From: Narcine bancroftii
Taxonomy: Eukaryota
Assembly (NCBI RefSeq): GCF_036971445.1
Contig: NC_091478.1
Span: 85,312,001-85,376,000, forward strand
DNA: 64,000 nt
Reading direction: 5' to 3'
The notes below the pieces were generated by a model. That model saw only the letters and a list, made by a program, of their open reading frames with translations, was not told the DNA's origin and did no database searches. Position numbers and translations under genes: made by a program. Of this stretch, positions 1 through 12,981 are shown one piece after another; the stretch's first letter is position 1; every line of letters begins with the position of its first letter.

Positions 1-234
1 GACGTATTTTTTGTGTCCCATCCTCTTGTTTCTGAGCAACATTTGTATCAATCAGTTCCTCCTCCATTTCGGCCTCTCCCTCAGCCTTTGGCATTGCGCA
101 CGCAACCTGCTTGAGAGTAAGAATTATGCGGCTGGCATTCTTTTCCAAGGTTTCTGCAAGAATTCTTATAACAGCATTTATCGTGTCTGCTTGACTGCTG
201 GAAGGGACAATGCTCTTCATATTCCACACAGTAC
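1..234 (-). CDS. HEATR3: HEATR3 coding exon 7 (partial, runs off window)
   Basis: Acceptor ctttAG at 235-236. Translates (G)TVWNMKSIVPSSSQADTINAVIRILAETLEKNAS..., resembling vertebrate HEATR3 TIWNLKDIIP...QAEIINALLKILSEVL. Phase matches exon 6. Confidence 0.92.
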
Positions 235-1016
235 CTAAAGGGAAATGGTATTTACAATCATTAAAAATGTGAGATAAACCAAGACGCTTTAGTGACGCAA
301 ACCACCAGGCACCTCTGTCCCTTATCACTCACGATTACACTGCCTCGAGCAATATACTGCATCAAATTACATTTTTTATTTATTCACAATTCATAATGCG
401 TGGATAAGGAGAAATTTAAAAAATCACTGCAGCAAAACATGCAAATGTAATGAATAGTGCATTTTTTTCATTCTGCAATTTAGCAGGATCTATGATTTCA
501 TTTAGTGCCTCTTTGAAATCGAATCAACGTGCCACTGGAAAATTCATAACTTAAGCAAATATAATTGAAGTACTGTATATCCACAGTTGAATTCTTATGT
601 TTCTCATAATTGGTCTGCCATTGCATTTCCGACATGCATAATAATTTTTAAAAAGGTTTTAGTGAAAATAGTCTTTTTTTTTTATATACAATAAAAGGCA
701 ATTAAATTCAACTCAATTCCTGAGGGAAAAAAAGTTCCTCTTGACAAAGTATTAGCTCCCGCTATTAACTATTCACTGAGAGACTTATCAAGCATTGACC
801 TTCTAAGTAATAATTCTGCCAGGCCTGCAGGAAAAAGAATCTCAGGGTTATATGTGACATCATGTAATGATATACTCTGACAATAAATCTGAACCTTGAA
901 CTTCAATTCAATTCAATTAAGTTGTGAGATTTAATATGCATTACAAAGTTTTTGTAAAATGTACATTCCAAAATCAAGAACATATATTACATATATCTGA
1001 TAAATAAATAGATAAC

Positions 1017-4000
1017 ATTATAATAAAATGGATGGATGGGAAAACGCCCTAATTGGACTGACTGGAATGGTGATCGAAGTGGAGGAAAGAACTGGGATAA
1101 TGAAAACACAATAAATAAATTGGAGAGGGAAGTTACTGCAGAGGGGTAGAAAGGGGATGCCTCTGACAGAGAATTCACACTCTGGAGAATCACAGCCAGA
1201 GGAATACAATAGAAATTGTGGGTTTGAAGGAAAGCAAGGAAGGGAGGGATCCCGTGGCATTCTTGCAACGCTAGCTATCAGAAGTTTTAGGAAGGGAGAA
1301 ACTGGGAGAATCAGTTGAGGGAGAGAGGGCCCATCAGTCTTTCTTCCTGCTCCTGGGCCCCGGTTAAAGGACACGCTCCTGCGTCACCAGGACCAAGAGA
1401 AAATTTTAAGAGTGGCGGCTGTCAGGGAGAAAGCAAGGGAGGGGCTGACAGAGCTGGAGGGGAATAAAGTGCTATTTGACCCAGATATAAGTATGCCCTT
1501 CCTAAAACAAAGAAAGGAATTTGAGCCAATGAAAAGAATGGCTAAACAGAAATGGCGTGAATGGGTCCTCAGATACCAAACAACTACAAATTGTAATGCT
1601 GAGGTTGGGGCTGGGGGGAAGAGAGAGCGAGAAAGTTCCTGTCATCAAAGAGGCCCAACAGTTCGTAAAACAGTTGCCAGTTTGAAAGGAATAAGTGTCA
1701 AATGGGTAATGTCAATGCTTTGTTGTATGTAAGAATATATTGTTAGTATTAGTTACGTAATAATAATTGCAGGTTTAACTCTTTGTTTCATAAATACATT
1801 TGTGTGAGTATTTGTAAAAAGGAAGATGGTCCCGGGGGTGAGGGTGGATTGGTGTGGGAGTTAAGATGGGTGCAAAATGCACAGCCTATGGTGAGGAGGG
1901 GGGACAGGTGACAGTGTGGAGGGGGAAAGTCACTGGGGGAGAATGGACTCGATGGACTAGAGGAAAAGGATTGGGTGGACATTGAACATGGGGAAGTCGG
2001 GGTATGGGGGAAAAACTGGACGGAAAGTCTCTGGGGCAATGGCTAATACTATCAAATATACACGTTTTAATGTAAACAGACTGAACAGGATAGTGGAGGA
2101 AGAGTCTTGGAACATAACAAGAAAATGGGGGCGGATCTGACCTTCCTCCAGTAATCACATTAAACAGAGTTGGAACATCAAAAGTTAAAAAGGGGATGGG
2201 TGGTCCAGGATAGATTTATTTCTGGCTTCAGCCCACATAGAGGGTAAGATCATGGAGACTGAGTACACAGCGAGGCTTCTGTCAGACCATTCACCTTTGA
2301 CATTAATCATAGAAATGGCAGATAAGCAAGAGATGGTGTATAGATGGTGCCTTAATAAGTTGCTGTTAAAGAAGCCGGATTTGTAGCTTTGTTAGAACAC
2401 AGTTAGATATGTCCTGTGAGACCAAATGTTCCTCTACTCTGGATAAATTTCTCCTCTGGAACACCCTCAAAGGGTATCTTCGTGTTCAAATAATTGGATA
2501 AACTAAAGCAGTCAAAAATGAATACACGAGGGAGGTGGAAGAATTAGAACAGGAGATTACTTGTTTAGAGAAGAACTTTCAAAAATTCAGGTCTGAAGAA
2601 TAAAGGGCTCGAACAAACAAAAAACTGAAATACAATACACTTCAAGTATATGGAATTTTAAAAAAATGCCATAATGAGGTCAAAACAAAAATATTACAAA
2701 TTGGGGGAAGAGAGCCCATAAAGTCGTCTCCTGGCAGTTGAGGGCAGAACAGGCCTCAAGAGTGATTAATTTGATACAAACCAGGAATGACAGGATCTCA
2801 TACACTTTTAGGCAATTTTATGAATATCTATATAAAACAGAATTGGCCAGGATGGGGCAGATAAAATCAATGAGTTGCTGTCAAAATTGGAAATACCAAA
2901 TTTAGACCTAGAAAAGCAGGAAGGGCTAGATTTCCCCTTCATAGAGGAAGAAATAGGAATGACATTGAGTTCATTGCAGACTCACAAATCTCTGGGGGAG
3001 GATGGGTTCCTGCCCGAGTTCCTTAAGGATTTATTCATACCTCTTTTTATGGAGGTGGGAGACCAGGCAATTGAGAACCTCATCTCTCCAGAATCCTTTT
3101 CAACAGCAATTATTATGGTGATTCTCAAAAAAGGCAGAGATCCATTGAAACTGCCATCTTATAGACCAATCTCATTACTAAATATGAATTGTAAGATACT
3201 TGCCAAAGCCCTGGCAAATAGATTGGTGAAGCATTTGCCAAAAGTAATAAATAAGGATCAAGTGGGTTTTGTGCAAAAAAGGCAGGCGGCGGCTAATATA
3301 AGCAGACTGCTGAGTACAATGCATCTGGCACAATCAAGGGTTGAAAGAAGTGTGGCTGTAGAGAAGACATTTGACAGACTGGAGTGGGACTTCTTGTTCA
3401 AGTTGCTGGAAAAATTGGGGCTAAGACCAACCTTTATAAATTGGATAAGAGCATTGTACCACGCGCCCAAGAAAAAAGTTTTGACTACTGGGCAAATTTC
3501 TTGAGCTTTTCCACTGTCAAGATCTAGTAGGAAAGGGTGTCCATTATCTCCAGCTCTACTCATACTAGCTATGGAGCTGATGGGCAAAGCTATTCACCAG
3601 GATCCAGACATTAAGTGATTTAGGGATGATATGCTGATATATCTGAAAGACCCAGTAAACTTGCTGGCCAGGCTGGACTTTACTCTGGAAGACTATGGAG
3701 AGGTCTCTGGGTACAAGATCAATTGGGATAAGGGTGAAGTCATACCACTTACTAAGGGAGATTACAGTCAATGTCAAGAGAATAGTCACTTGAAATGGCC
3801 ACAAAACAGGATCAAATATCTAGTAGTTAGGATGGATAATAACAAATAATTTATATAAGATAAACTGTACCCCTTGCTCAGAATTAAATAGGTGGATGAC
3901 CCTGCCTATCACACTGATGGGCATGGTCAACTGTGTTAAAAGAATGTGTTGCCAAGGCTTCAGTACCTCACCATGGTGTTCCCCAGGGATTCTTTCAGAA

Positions 4001-5499
4001 TTTACATTCACATGTTAGAAGGTTTCTGGGGAATGGCAAGATAGTCAGGGTCTCTATGGAAAAAATAACCTAGGTCTTCAGTTCAGTTGGTTTAAGGTTA
4101 CCAGACTTGATAAGTATTATTGGGCAGCCCATTCGAGATATATCACCTCACAATTTAAGGGAGAAGGTGTACCATCCTGGGTACAAATTGGTCTGCACAC
4201 GGTTGGTGAAAAGGCAGCAGGAGACTTTATTTATAATTGGGGTACTAAATTATTATCTGGCAAAAAAGACAGCCCCGTATTAAAACACACAACTTCTATA
4301 TGGAACGAAATTAATCGATATGTATGGTCCAAAGTGGAGCTGTCCCCAAGAACATCCAGACTTCGAACAGATTAGTCACATTGATAGTGGACAACAAGAT
4401 CCTGGGCACCTGATGCCAAAAGGGCATCAGGTGTATCGAGGATTGTTACGAGCGGGGGAAACTAATGTCATTTGAGCAACTCAGAAATAAATGTCTTGCA
4501 AAAATGTGATGTTCCTCTGTTATCTTCAAGATCTTTCTTAAAGGACAAATCAGGTCCATCCATGACCTATATGTGCAGACATATAGAGACCTTGATTTGA
4601 AAGGGGAACATATGGAAGTTCATTTTGGCGATTTATTTCTGACTCCAAGCAAAAGGCCCTAAACTGGGAGGCAAAGGTGGGAACAACGATTGATGAGCGG
4701 TGCTGGTCAGACCTGTGTTGGAGCAGCAGAACTGTGATTATTAATGCACGGTATAAGCTGGTGTATTATAATTTTCTCCACCAGCTCTATTTGACACCAC
4801 AAAAAATTGAATAAGGTTAAACCAGAAATTTCAGACCTGGACGTGTACCAAGGTGAGACACTTCTGGGTGGAACTAGACTAAACCCTAGAAAAAAAAATC
4901 ATAGGTAAAGAATTCCCACAGGACCCAGAGCTGTTCATATTTGGAAACATGATTGGCATAAGGCTGAAGATGAAGCTGTCCAAATTCCAAGTCCAATCTA
5001 TAATGTTCGCATTGGCAGTGCCTAGGAGTATAGAATGGTTATCTGGAAATCTGACTCCCACTTGGGCATTGTGCACTGGAATATAGAAATGCAAAGCTGT
5101 GTTCCTCTGGAGAAAGTTACCTATAACTTAAGGAAAAAAAATAACACCTTCCTAAAAATTTGGCAACTATATTTAAATTTCATAGGTGTACAGGTATAGT
5201 GTGGACCTGTGTGTCTCATCGCCCTGCCTCCCCCGTCTATCCTTCTACTGCGGGAGGGGAGGGGTGGGGATCCTTTCCATCCCAATAAGGTGCCAGCCTT
5301 TGGGCCGTGACAAATCTCTGATGTGTTCCCTACCTTTGTTGTGGGTGTCTTGTGGTCTGTTAAATGTGTGGAGGGGAGAGGGAAGGGAAAAAAATGGCTC
5401 GGACTCAATGGTGAATTTTGTATATCATTGTTAACTGTAATTTTTGATTGATTACTGGAAACTGTTGGAGTTTGAAATTTTATAAATAAAATATTCAAA
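1017..5499 (+). mobile_element. Decayed near full-length L1/Tx1-clade LINE
   Basis: ORF1-like SQRNTIEIVGLKE..EGRDP (~1195); endonuclease end RIDLFL/LSDHSPL (~2210-2300); RT YRPISLLN..KILAKALANRL, DRLEW..L (2875-3504); 3' AATAAA + A tail; 15-bp TSD-like pair 1002-1016 / 5500-5514 (14/15). Confidence 0.9.
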
Positions 5500-5553
5500 A
5501 AATAGATAGATAACTGAGATTTCAAATTCCTTTTGGGTTACTTTTTTTTTTAC

Positions 5554-5694
5554 CTGCCACGAGGGTCCTCAATAGCAGATATTCTGTGGTATCTTCTGAT
5601 GAGAGAAGCACCATTTCCAACACTTGGAGGGACAAGGGAGTTAAAGACGCCAAAAGTTCTGTATTGTCTTCAGAAACTGTCTGTAAACAATAAG
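5554..5694 (-). CDS. HEATR3: HEATR3 coding exon 6 (141 nt)
   Basis: AG/GT boundaries; [48 protein letters not shown]; frame continuous with exons 5 and 7. Confidence 0.95.
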
Positions 5695-6312
5695 CTGAGG
5701 ATGGAAATAACAAATACACCTCATTTTAAGCCTTGTGTATAAAAATTTCACACATGAACAGATAAAAAGTCTTGTGACAAAAATCAAATCAGTTCAATTA
5801 TAAGAAATGGACCCACATATTGAAGTTGTTAGATTCTGGTTTGGGATTCTCACATATGCATCTTTGATATTTTATAGTTCAAAACCTAAATGGATCCACT
5901 GCTTAGCAAATACATCCAGTGAGTACATGAGTCACACACAGAAGCAGGCCCTTTGGCCCAACATGTCCATGCTGACCAAGTGAGTTCCATTTGCCTGCGA
6001 TTAGCCCACATCCTTCCAAGTCTTTCTAAATGTCTTTTGATTGTTAGAATTGTCCTGACCTCTACCGCTTCCTCTGTGTGAAGAAGGTGCCCCTCTCAGT
6101 TCCCTTTCAAATGTTTTTAGATACAGGCTATCCCTGAGTCACAAATAGGTTTTGTTTATACAGGGGCCCACAAGTTGATTTTGTCCACAAGCCGTAAAAT
6201 ACAGTGTGGCCTTGTGCTTAATGATAATGAGTTTGTCTTACAAATTGTTCATTGTGCATGTGCACCAGAATACTTGCTGCAGCCAAACAGGTACTTCATA
6301 AAAGTATGTATG

Positions 6313-6527
6313 CAGTAAAATCTCCATTATCTGGATTTTAAGCAACTGGTAGCCTCATGCATCTGGCAAAAAAAATGTAGAATAAGTTAAAAAAAAAAGT
6401 TCAAAATTGGTGCCCCCGAGCAGTTAGTTCGTCAATCGCACAACATGCAATCTCAACCAAGCGGAAAATTCACTTATGTGACATCTACCAATCCACAGAA
6501 ATGCCAGATACCAGGAATTTCACTGTA
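6313..6527. mobile_element. Tc1/Tigger-type MITE
   Basis: Inverted ends CAGTAAAATCTCC..TATCTGG / CCAGATA..GGAATTTCACTG, right end followed by TA; related copy at ~17510-17734. Confidence 0.6.
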
Positions 6528-6734
6528 TTTTAATCAAAAAGAGATAATATTAAAAGATAGATAGATAATAAATATTCAGTTATCCTCATACAAGAAGTGA
6601 CTTTGCAGTGGTACAGATAGTCTGATAGCTGTTGGAAAAAAATGGTTCTAGAATGTAGAGTGCTGGTCTTCAGGCTTCCATGCCTACAGCCAAAGGAAGC
6701 AGTGAGAAGAGGCTGTGAACAGGGTCATAGGGTC

Positions 6735-7230
6735 ATTCATTGGAGGACACACCAGCTGCCAATCAAGGTTTGGTTCCACTCCACCCATTAACGCACACCT
6801 TGCTGTTGGCCACATGTAAATTACTTGAGAGTGCACTCTCCAGCCTGCCTGTACTTGGCCTTGGGCCACTGGCTGTTGTACTTAGATTAACCCTCCTGCC
6901 ACTGAACTATTGGCCCCCAGTAAATGACGTGGGCTTGTCCCTCCAGCACTATAAAGGTGTCGTTTGCTGTGTATTCTCTCTCTGCCAGCTTGGGACCACT
7001 CTGCTTCACTCCAGGCCTAGAAATGTGGAAGGGTGCTGGAGAAACAGTTGGTAAGATGTGCACTGCTAAAAGGGTTGGGACTGTTTAAGTGTCAGTTCAG
7101 TGTGCGTGCGTGAGTAACATATCGGCTCTGTTGTCCCATTTCCATCCCTGAAATAAACATGTGCTTTGTACTTGCACTTTTGTCTGGTTTTTAACCTGTG
7201 GGACCCACACGAACCCGAACAACACTGTCT
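6735..7230 (+). mobile_element. LTR-like fragment
   Basis: TATAAA and AATAAA present; shares motif CACACCA.CTG.CA.TCAAGGTT with the 20098-20774 solo LTR. Confidence 0.4.
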
Positions 7231-7439
7231 CCTTGAGACATCTCACATAAATGCCTTCAATGGAAGGGCCCTGGCTATGCTTGCTACCTTCTATAGCTTT
7301 GTGCTCCAAAAGGAAAGATTGATCAGTATCTGTTGCTTTGTTTCTTAAATTTATTTGGAGTATTGAATACTCTTGTTGACATCCATACAAGCTTTAGTGT
7401 GCCTTTCTAAGTTGAGGTCTTACTATACGAACATCGCCA

Positions 7440-9670
7440 AAACATTTTCAAATTTTTTTTAAAGCTTCTTTTTTCAATATTTTTAACATTGAAATTTCAC
7501 ATCCAACAATACAGAATACATGGTTAGCATTCAAAAAGATACATTAAATCATGTTGTTACTTCCAAGATACTCCACATTTTAAAAATCAAACAATTATAT
7601 TGTATTAATATTTTATTCCATAAAAAAGAAAAATCTAAACCCATGACGAAGAAAGAAGCTGTTTGGCCAAAAAAGAAGACAGAATTCTTATCAGAGAGAT
7701 AAATTATCTCATTTAGTCAACATTTCTACCTTCATAATAAATCAAAGTTTATAAAAATATAACATTTTGGACAAATGTGGATATCCAAAGCAAATCAGAA
7801 ATCATAATTTTTCCAAAATTTTTTTGGAGCCAAACTGATCTGACAGGTTGAAAAAAATTCACTCGACATGAAATTAGAATGACAATTGTCCTTGTTTCAG
7901 GTAACTCCCTCTCCTCTCTCTTTCCATTTCTTCTTTACCTTCCCTATTGACTTTTCTCTCCATCTCACCCCCTCAAATTTCGTGTTACTGTCTCCGAGCT
8001 GCAAGTGGTCAGAAGAATCCCTTTTCCCATCAAGAGTGTGACCTCCCTGGCAAGAGCGGGACCTCGGGTTCTGTGGAGTTCCTTCCCCTCCTCCCTCCTC
8101 AGCATTCTGGTTTCTGACTCCAAACCTTCCCCTCTGTCTACAGTACATGCATAACAAACTCCCTGATGTGTGTGTGTGGTAGGCCTAGAGGAGGATTCTG
8201 AGTCAGGACTCCTGTGTCGAGAGCTCTGATGACTGAGGAGACAGGAGCCCACCGACTCGTCAGTGAGTGTTCACCAGCCCGGGAAGCCTCCCTGGGGATC
8301 AGCGGTAGCGGTGGGGACACGTCAGGGGATTGGCAATGGTGATTGGGAGGTCTCGGTGATCGGCAGCAGCCAGCATTTTTTTGGAGAGAATTAAACATTA
8401 TTTTAATGCTTAAAAAACCTTCCCTTGATGTTTGTTGATGTTTAAATATTGATACAAGTGATTTGCTGTTGCTACTGGGCTAATTTTTTTTTTTAATGAC
8501 CAGTTCTCCAAAAAGAATTGTACTGTACTTCAAAAAGGTTCCCCACAGTGTTTGAAAATTTAAATTCAAATCGGAAATTGAGAATCTAATCTTTAAACAT
8601 GACATCACATAGCCATTGAGCTCGACTAGGCAGAGTAATGTCCCTCCATCTGAATAACACCGCTCGCCTCGCCATAAAGAGAAATAAAAGCTAATACATG
8701 CAGCTCAGATGTTGTTACCGTTATGTCACTCTCTCCAAAAATACCAAATAAAGCAGTTAGGGGATTTGGTTTAAAATTAACTTTAAAAAGTGCAGAGAAA
8801 TTCTGAAATACATTGATCCAATATTTCTCAAGGCTCTGGCATGTCCAGAACATGTAAATTAATGAAGCATCTCCATTGATGCATTTATCTCAACGAGGAG
8901 ATTAAAAAAGAGATAGCTTGACTTTAGATATGTGACTCCTATGGACTACTTTAAATTGTAGGAGAGTGTGGCGTGCACATAAAGAAATGGTAGTAACCAA
9001 TTTGAAAATTACATTCAAGGTCCTGTTCTCAAGCTTTTTAAATTTCATCTGAAGGAGCCTCTCTTTTTCCCAATAACACATCATAAATGTTAGATATTGA
9101 ACCACTGTAGAAAGGTTATAAATTAAAAATTTCTTAGGAAATGTAATTGAGATCATAAAAATCTCTAATCTGTAGAAACGAAAAAAATGAGTATTTGGTA
9201 GACCACATTTAACTGAAAGTTGTTCAAAAGAAGAAGACACCCCTCAACAAATAAACATTTAATGCCCAATCTATACCATTCTTTAAAAGTCACATCAATT
9301 ATGAAAGGTTTAAAGAAATAATTAGAAAAAATAGGATGAGAGGGGGGAAAAAAAATCTCATTTAACCAAAATGTTTTCTAAATTGTATCCAGATCCTCAA
9401 AGTATGTTTAACCACTGGATTATTAGTTAATTTATTTAGAGATATAGATGTGAGGATCCAAGAAGAGAAATGAGAGAAAATTTTGTTACAGAATTAGATT
9501 CCAGAGATATTTTGGACGGTCTTCACAGTTATTATAATACAACTAAAATATAAGGTTTTGTAAACTGACTACCCAATAATAAAACCTAAGGTTTGGTAAA
9601 GCTAAACCTCCATTCTTTTTAAGTTTATGTAAATGAACTTTATTTAGGTGAGGATGTTTATTCTTCCATA
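7440..9670 (-). mobile_element. L1/Tx1-type LINE 3' remnants (two pieces, 7440-7870 and 8400-9670)
   Basis: Minus-strand L1 ORF2 C-terminal motifs (LQFKVVHRSH, HMFWTCQSLEKYW, GGLALPN-like); T-rich tails on the plus strand. Confidence 0.7.
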
Positions 9671-9679
9671 TACAAGGTT

Positions 9680-11650
9680 GAGTTCCAAGCTTCCAAAGTG
9701 AATTTCTTTCAAGTTCTTCAGCTTCAACTTCTCATTCTTTTTCTCTTCAAATAGTTGCTTTTCCAGTTCCATAAGGTCTTCATTCCTTCAACCTTCAGCA
9801 TGAGACTCTAAACAGTCAGTGTCATCTTCTGCATTATCCTGAAGCTGATGTTGATTACCAAGGGCCACCATTTTCTCCTTCACATCTTCAATTGTCTCGT
9901 AAAACCAGACATTATAACAAATTTAGGGCAAAGTTGCTTCCATACATCATTCATTTTTGATTGCTCTACCTCAACCCTACCATTCATACTATTCTTCACT
10001 GCATCATAGATGCTGTATAACTTCCAAAATTCTCTTGCCTGCTGCTGCATCAATTGCTTCAATAGCCTGAAAAATGTCTAAAGGAGATTTAAAAGATGAA
10101 CAGTGATCGATTGGCAAGGTGTTCGGTGGCATGTGCACAATCTTAATTATCTTGCTGAAAATCATCCAAAAATACGATTCCCTGGGGGAATTATCTTCTT
10201 CTTCTTTGGCTTGGCTTCGCGGACGAAGATTTATGGAGGGGGTAAAAGTCCACGTCAGCTGCAGGCTCGTTTGTGGCTGACAAGTCCGATGCGGGACAGG
10301 CAGACACGGTTGCAGCGGCTGCAGGGGAAAATTGGTTGGTTGGGGTTGGGTGTTGGGTTTTTCCTCCTTTGCCTTTTGTCAGTGAGGTGGGCTCTGCGGT
10401 CTTCTTCAAAGGAGGTTGCCGCCCGCCAAACTGTGAGGCGCCAAGATGCACGGTTTGAGGCGTTATCAGCCCACTGGCGGTGATCAATGTGGCAGGCACC
10501 AAGAGATTTCTTTAGGCAGTCCTTGTACCTTTTCTTTGGTGCACCTCTGTCACGGTGGCCAGTGGAGAGCTCGCCATATAACACGATCTTGGGAAGGCGA
10601 TGGTCCTCCATTCTGGAGACGTGACCCATCCAGCGCAGCTGGATCTTCAGCAGCGTGGACTCGATGCTGTCGACCTCTGCCATCTCGAGTACTTCGACGT
10701 TAGGGATGAAAGCGCTCCAATGGATGTTGAGGATGGAGCGGAGACAACGCTGGTGGAAGCGTTCTAGGAGCCGTAGGTGGTGCTGGTAGGAATTATCTAG
10801 AACCAATATAAATGGCAGGTTTTGTGAAGCAGTGTCTCTCTTCTTCAGGGACATCATGGTTCATAAGCAAGTCTTCAAAAAGTGGCCAATTTTACCCAAG
10901 CCATTTTGATGGACTTTCAAATTGAGAAGAGATTGCTTCCAAATTCTTTCAAGGGTGAGTTATTTGCAGGATAAACAAGCAAAAATTAAGTTTGCAATCT
11001 CCCACAGGATTTCCATTTCTCTTTCTTGGTGAAAAATTTCGGCTCAAGATGTCAACGGTCCTTTTTCTCCCACTGATACAGTTTGACCTGCTGAATTCTT
11101 CCAGATTGTATTTGCCTTCAGTCTCTCTTTGCTGGTTTGTGTCTTGGGGCAATCTTTTCCTCCCTGGTAATGCATGTTCAGGCATACTTTCCTCCAATGA
11201 ACAGTTGTTCGGCACAACCCCATCCTCCTTAATTATGAGCCAAAGTATCAGGAAATGCACTCACCGAGGAGGCATGGTCAACACTTGCTGCTTCCCTTCA
11301 TGTTTTAAATGTTATGCAAATTACCCCTTGCTTTAAATCTGGTAAACCATCCTCCACTTGGAACAAATTCTTCTTCTGTGCTTCTCCAAAACTTTTTGCT
11401 TTTTCTTGACTAATCAAATGATCAGGTGTTCAGAATCTATGTTGATCTCACACCAAATCACAAATCATCTCTGCTTTGTAATAATAGCCCATATTAGGCC
11501 GATAATTCAACAAATGCTTGAGCATTGTCCTTTGTAATGGGACCAACCATTGAAGGCAAATTGCTTAACCAATTTTCAATAGCATTATCACTTTTCAAAT
11601 ATTTTAACTTCCAATAGGATGGGTTCCTTTTATTAGCTGCATGACCATTA
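9680..11650 (-). mobile_element. Tigger/pogo (DDE_1) transposase fossil, interrupted by an RTE insert
   Basis: Minus-strand motifs LPFILVLDNS, VWKQLCPKFV, ESHAEGLKNEDLMELEKQ, with many frameshifts and stops. Confidence 0.65.
10197..10788 (-). mobile_element. 5'-truncated young RTE-clade LINE
   Basis: Uninterrupted ORF LERFHQRCLRSILNIHW...QLRWMGHVSRM..RLPKIVLYGEL...CSRCNRVCLSRIGLVSHKRAC; (GAA)n 3' tail; perfect 10-bp TSD GGAATTATCT at 10187-10196 and 10789-10798. Confidence 0.93.
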
Positions 11651-12324
11651 CATGGGAAAATATGGTGAGAATTATATAGTCCAGTACAGTATTAGTAAAG
11701 AATCAGAAACAAGACAGTATTCTAAAGATGACTGATGTTCATGTGTGAGGCTCAGAGTATTGCCATCAAATGTTCTCATTTGCCTAGTCCATGGAGGAAG
11801 CGTGTTCTGCTGTTCTTAGGAATGATCTTGTGAACGAGTTGAACTACAGAATTTGGGAGCTCAGCCGTATGCATGGGTGCCCATAGCAAGCTGCTCGTCA
11901 CCTGGTGATGGCACGTGGTATCCAAGTTCAGTCCCAGTTTGGGTGTTAATCGCAGACAGGTGGCATGAGCCATGTTGCAACGATTCCCAATACACCAGGA
12001 CTGAAGGAAGGAAAACTCAGCTGCAGCTCTTCATTCTGATAGCTACCGACAGATTGCCTTGCCCGGAATGTGACACTGGAATAAATGGAGTTAGTTGAAA
12101 GAGATGAATATTTTAGTTACAGCATCTTTGGTTACTTTCATTTGGAAATGATCTCAAAAACTTAAACAAGAAAATCTACAGATGCTGGAGTAGTGCAAAA
12201 GGAAAGGGTAACCTGCCGATCAGCCAATGCTCTTCCCATGCTAAAATCTTTCCTCTGATTCCATGGGTTCTCATCTTAAGCAGCCTCATGTCACCTTGTC
12301 GATGGCCTTTACAAAATCCAAATA

Positions 12325-12981
12325 CAGGTGCCTACCTTTTATCTGGGATTCTGAACAACAGCAACTTCCAAAAACCGGCACTTTTTTTTGGTAGATAACA
12401 TCTGCTTATCAAATATGGTTTTTTACATCTCAGTAATGTTAATTTCCTGTAATAAATTAGCATACTTATCTCTGGAACGGCCCTACACATAGGCAGGGTG
12501 TTTACACTAATAAGGTTAAGTTGCAGTGATTTCAGAGGCTGGACATTTGAGGTGGGGGTAAGTTGAATGAAATACTACTGAGTTTTTAAAAAATGTTGTG
12601 CAAATATTCTCCATTTTCAGTGGGAGACCCCCTCCCCCCAAAAACCTCCCATCCCTGCCTCCGGGGGCACCCTCCCTTATCTTTGGTGGAAAGGTGACTC
12701 TCAGCCCCCAGCACCTGGTGGGGAAGAACCAGGCACTGCTCAACCCGGTCAGCACCCCCACTTCTGCATGCAATATGGCCTAAGGTACAAAATAGTCCGG
12801 CACCAGCCCTGGGGAGTGGGGGGATGCTGACAGACAGATGACCGGGGTGGGTGGGGAGAGAGACAAGGAACAAGGTATTTGCTTATAGGGATTGCCTTCA
12901 AAATGATTCCCAAATCCAGAAGATTCCGAACAACAGCAGGTGTCCGGTCCCAACGAATTTGGATAAAAGGTTAGGCACTTG
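12325..12981. mobile_element. Tigger-like non-autonomous element
   Basis: TA-flanked inverted termini CAGGTGCCTACCTTTTATC / GATAAAAGGTTAGGCACTTG. Confidence 0.65.

Noticed and set aside
2875-3504. 209-aa ORF as a functional host gene
   Set aside because: It is a fragment of L1/Tx1 ORF2 surrounded by stops and frameshifts.
11760-12100. GC-richer coding-like segment
   Set aside because: No splice-compatible frame or recognisable motif; probably an old TE fragment that I cannot assign.
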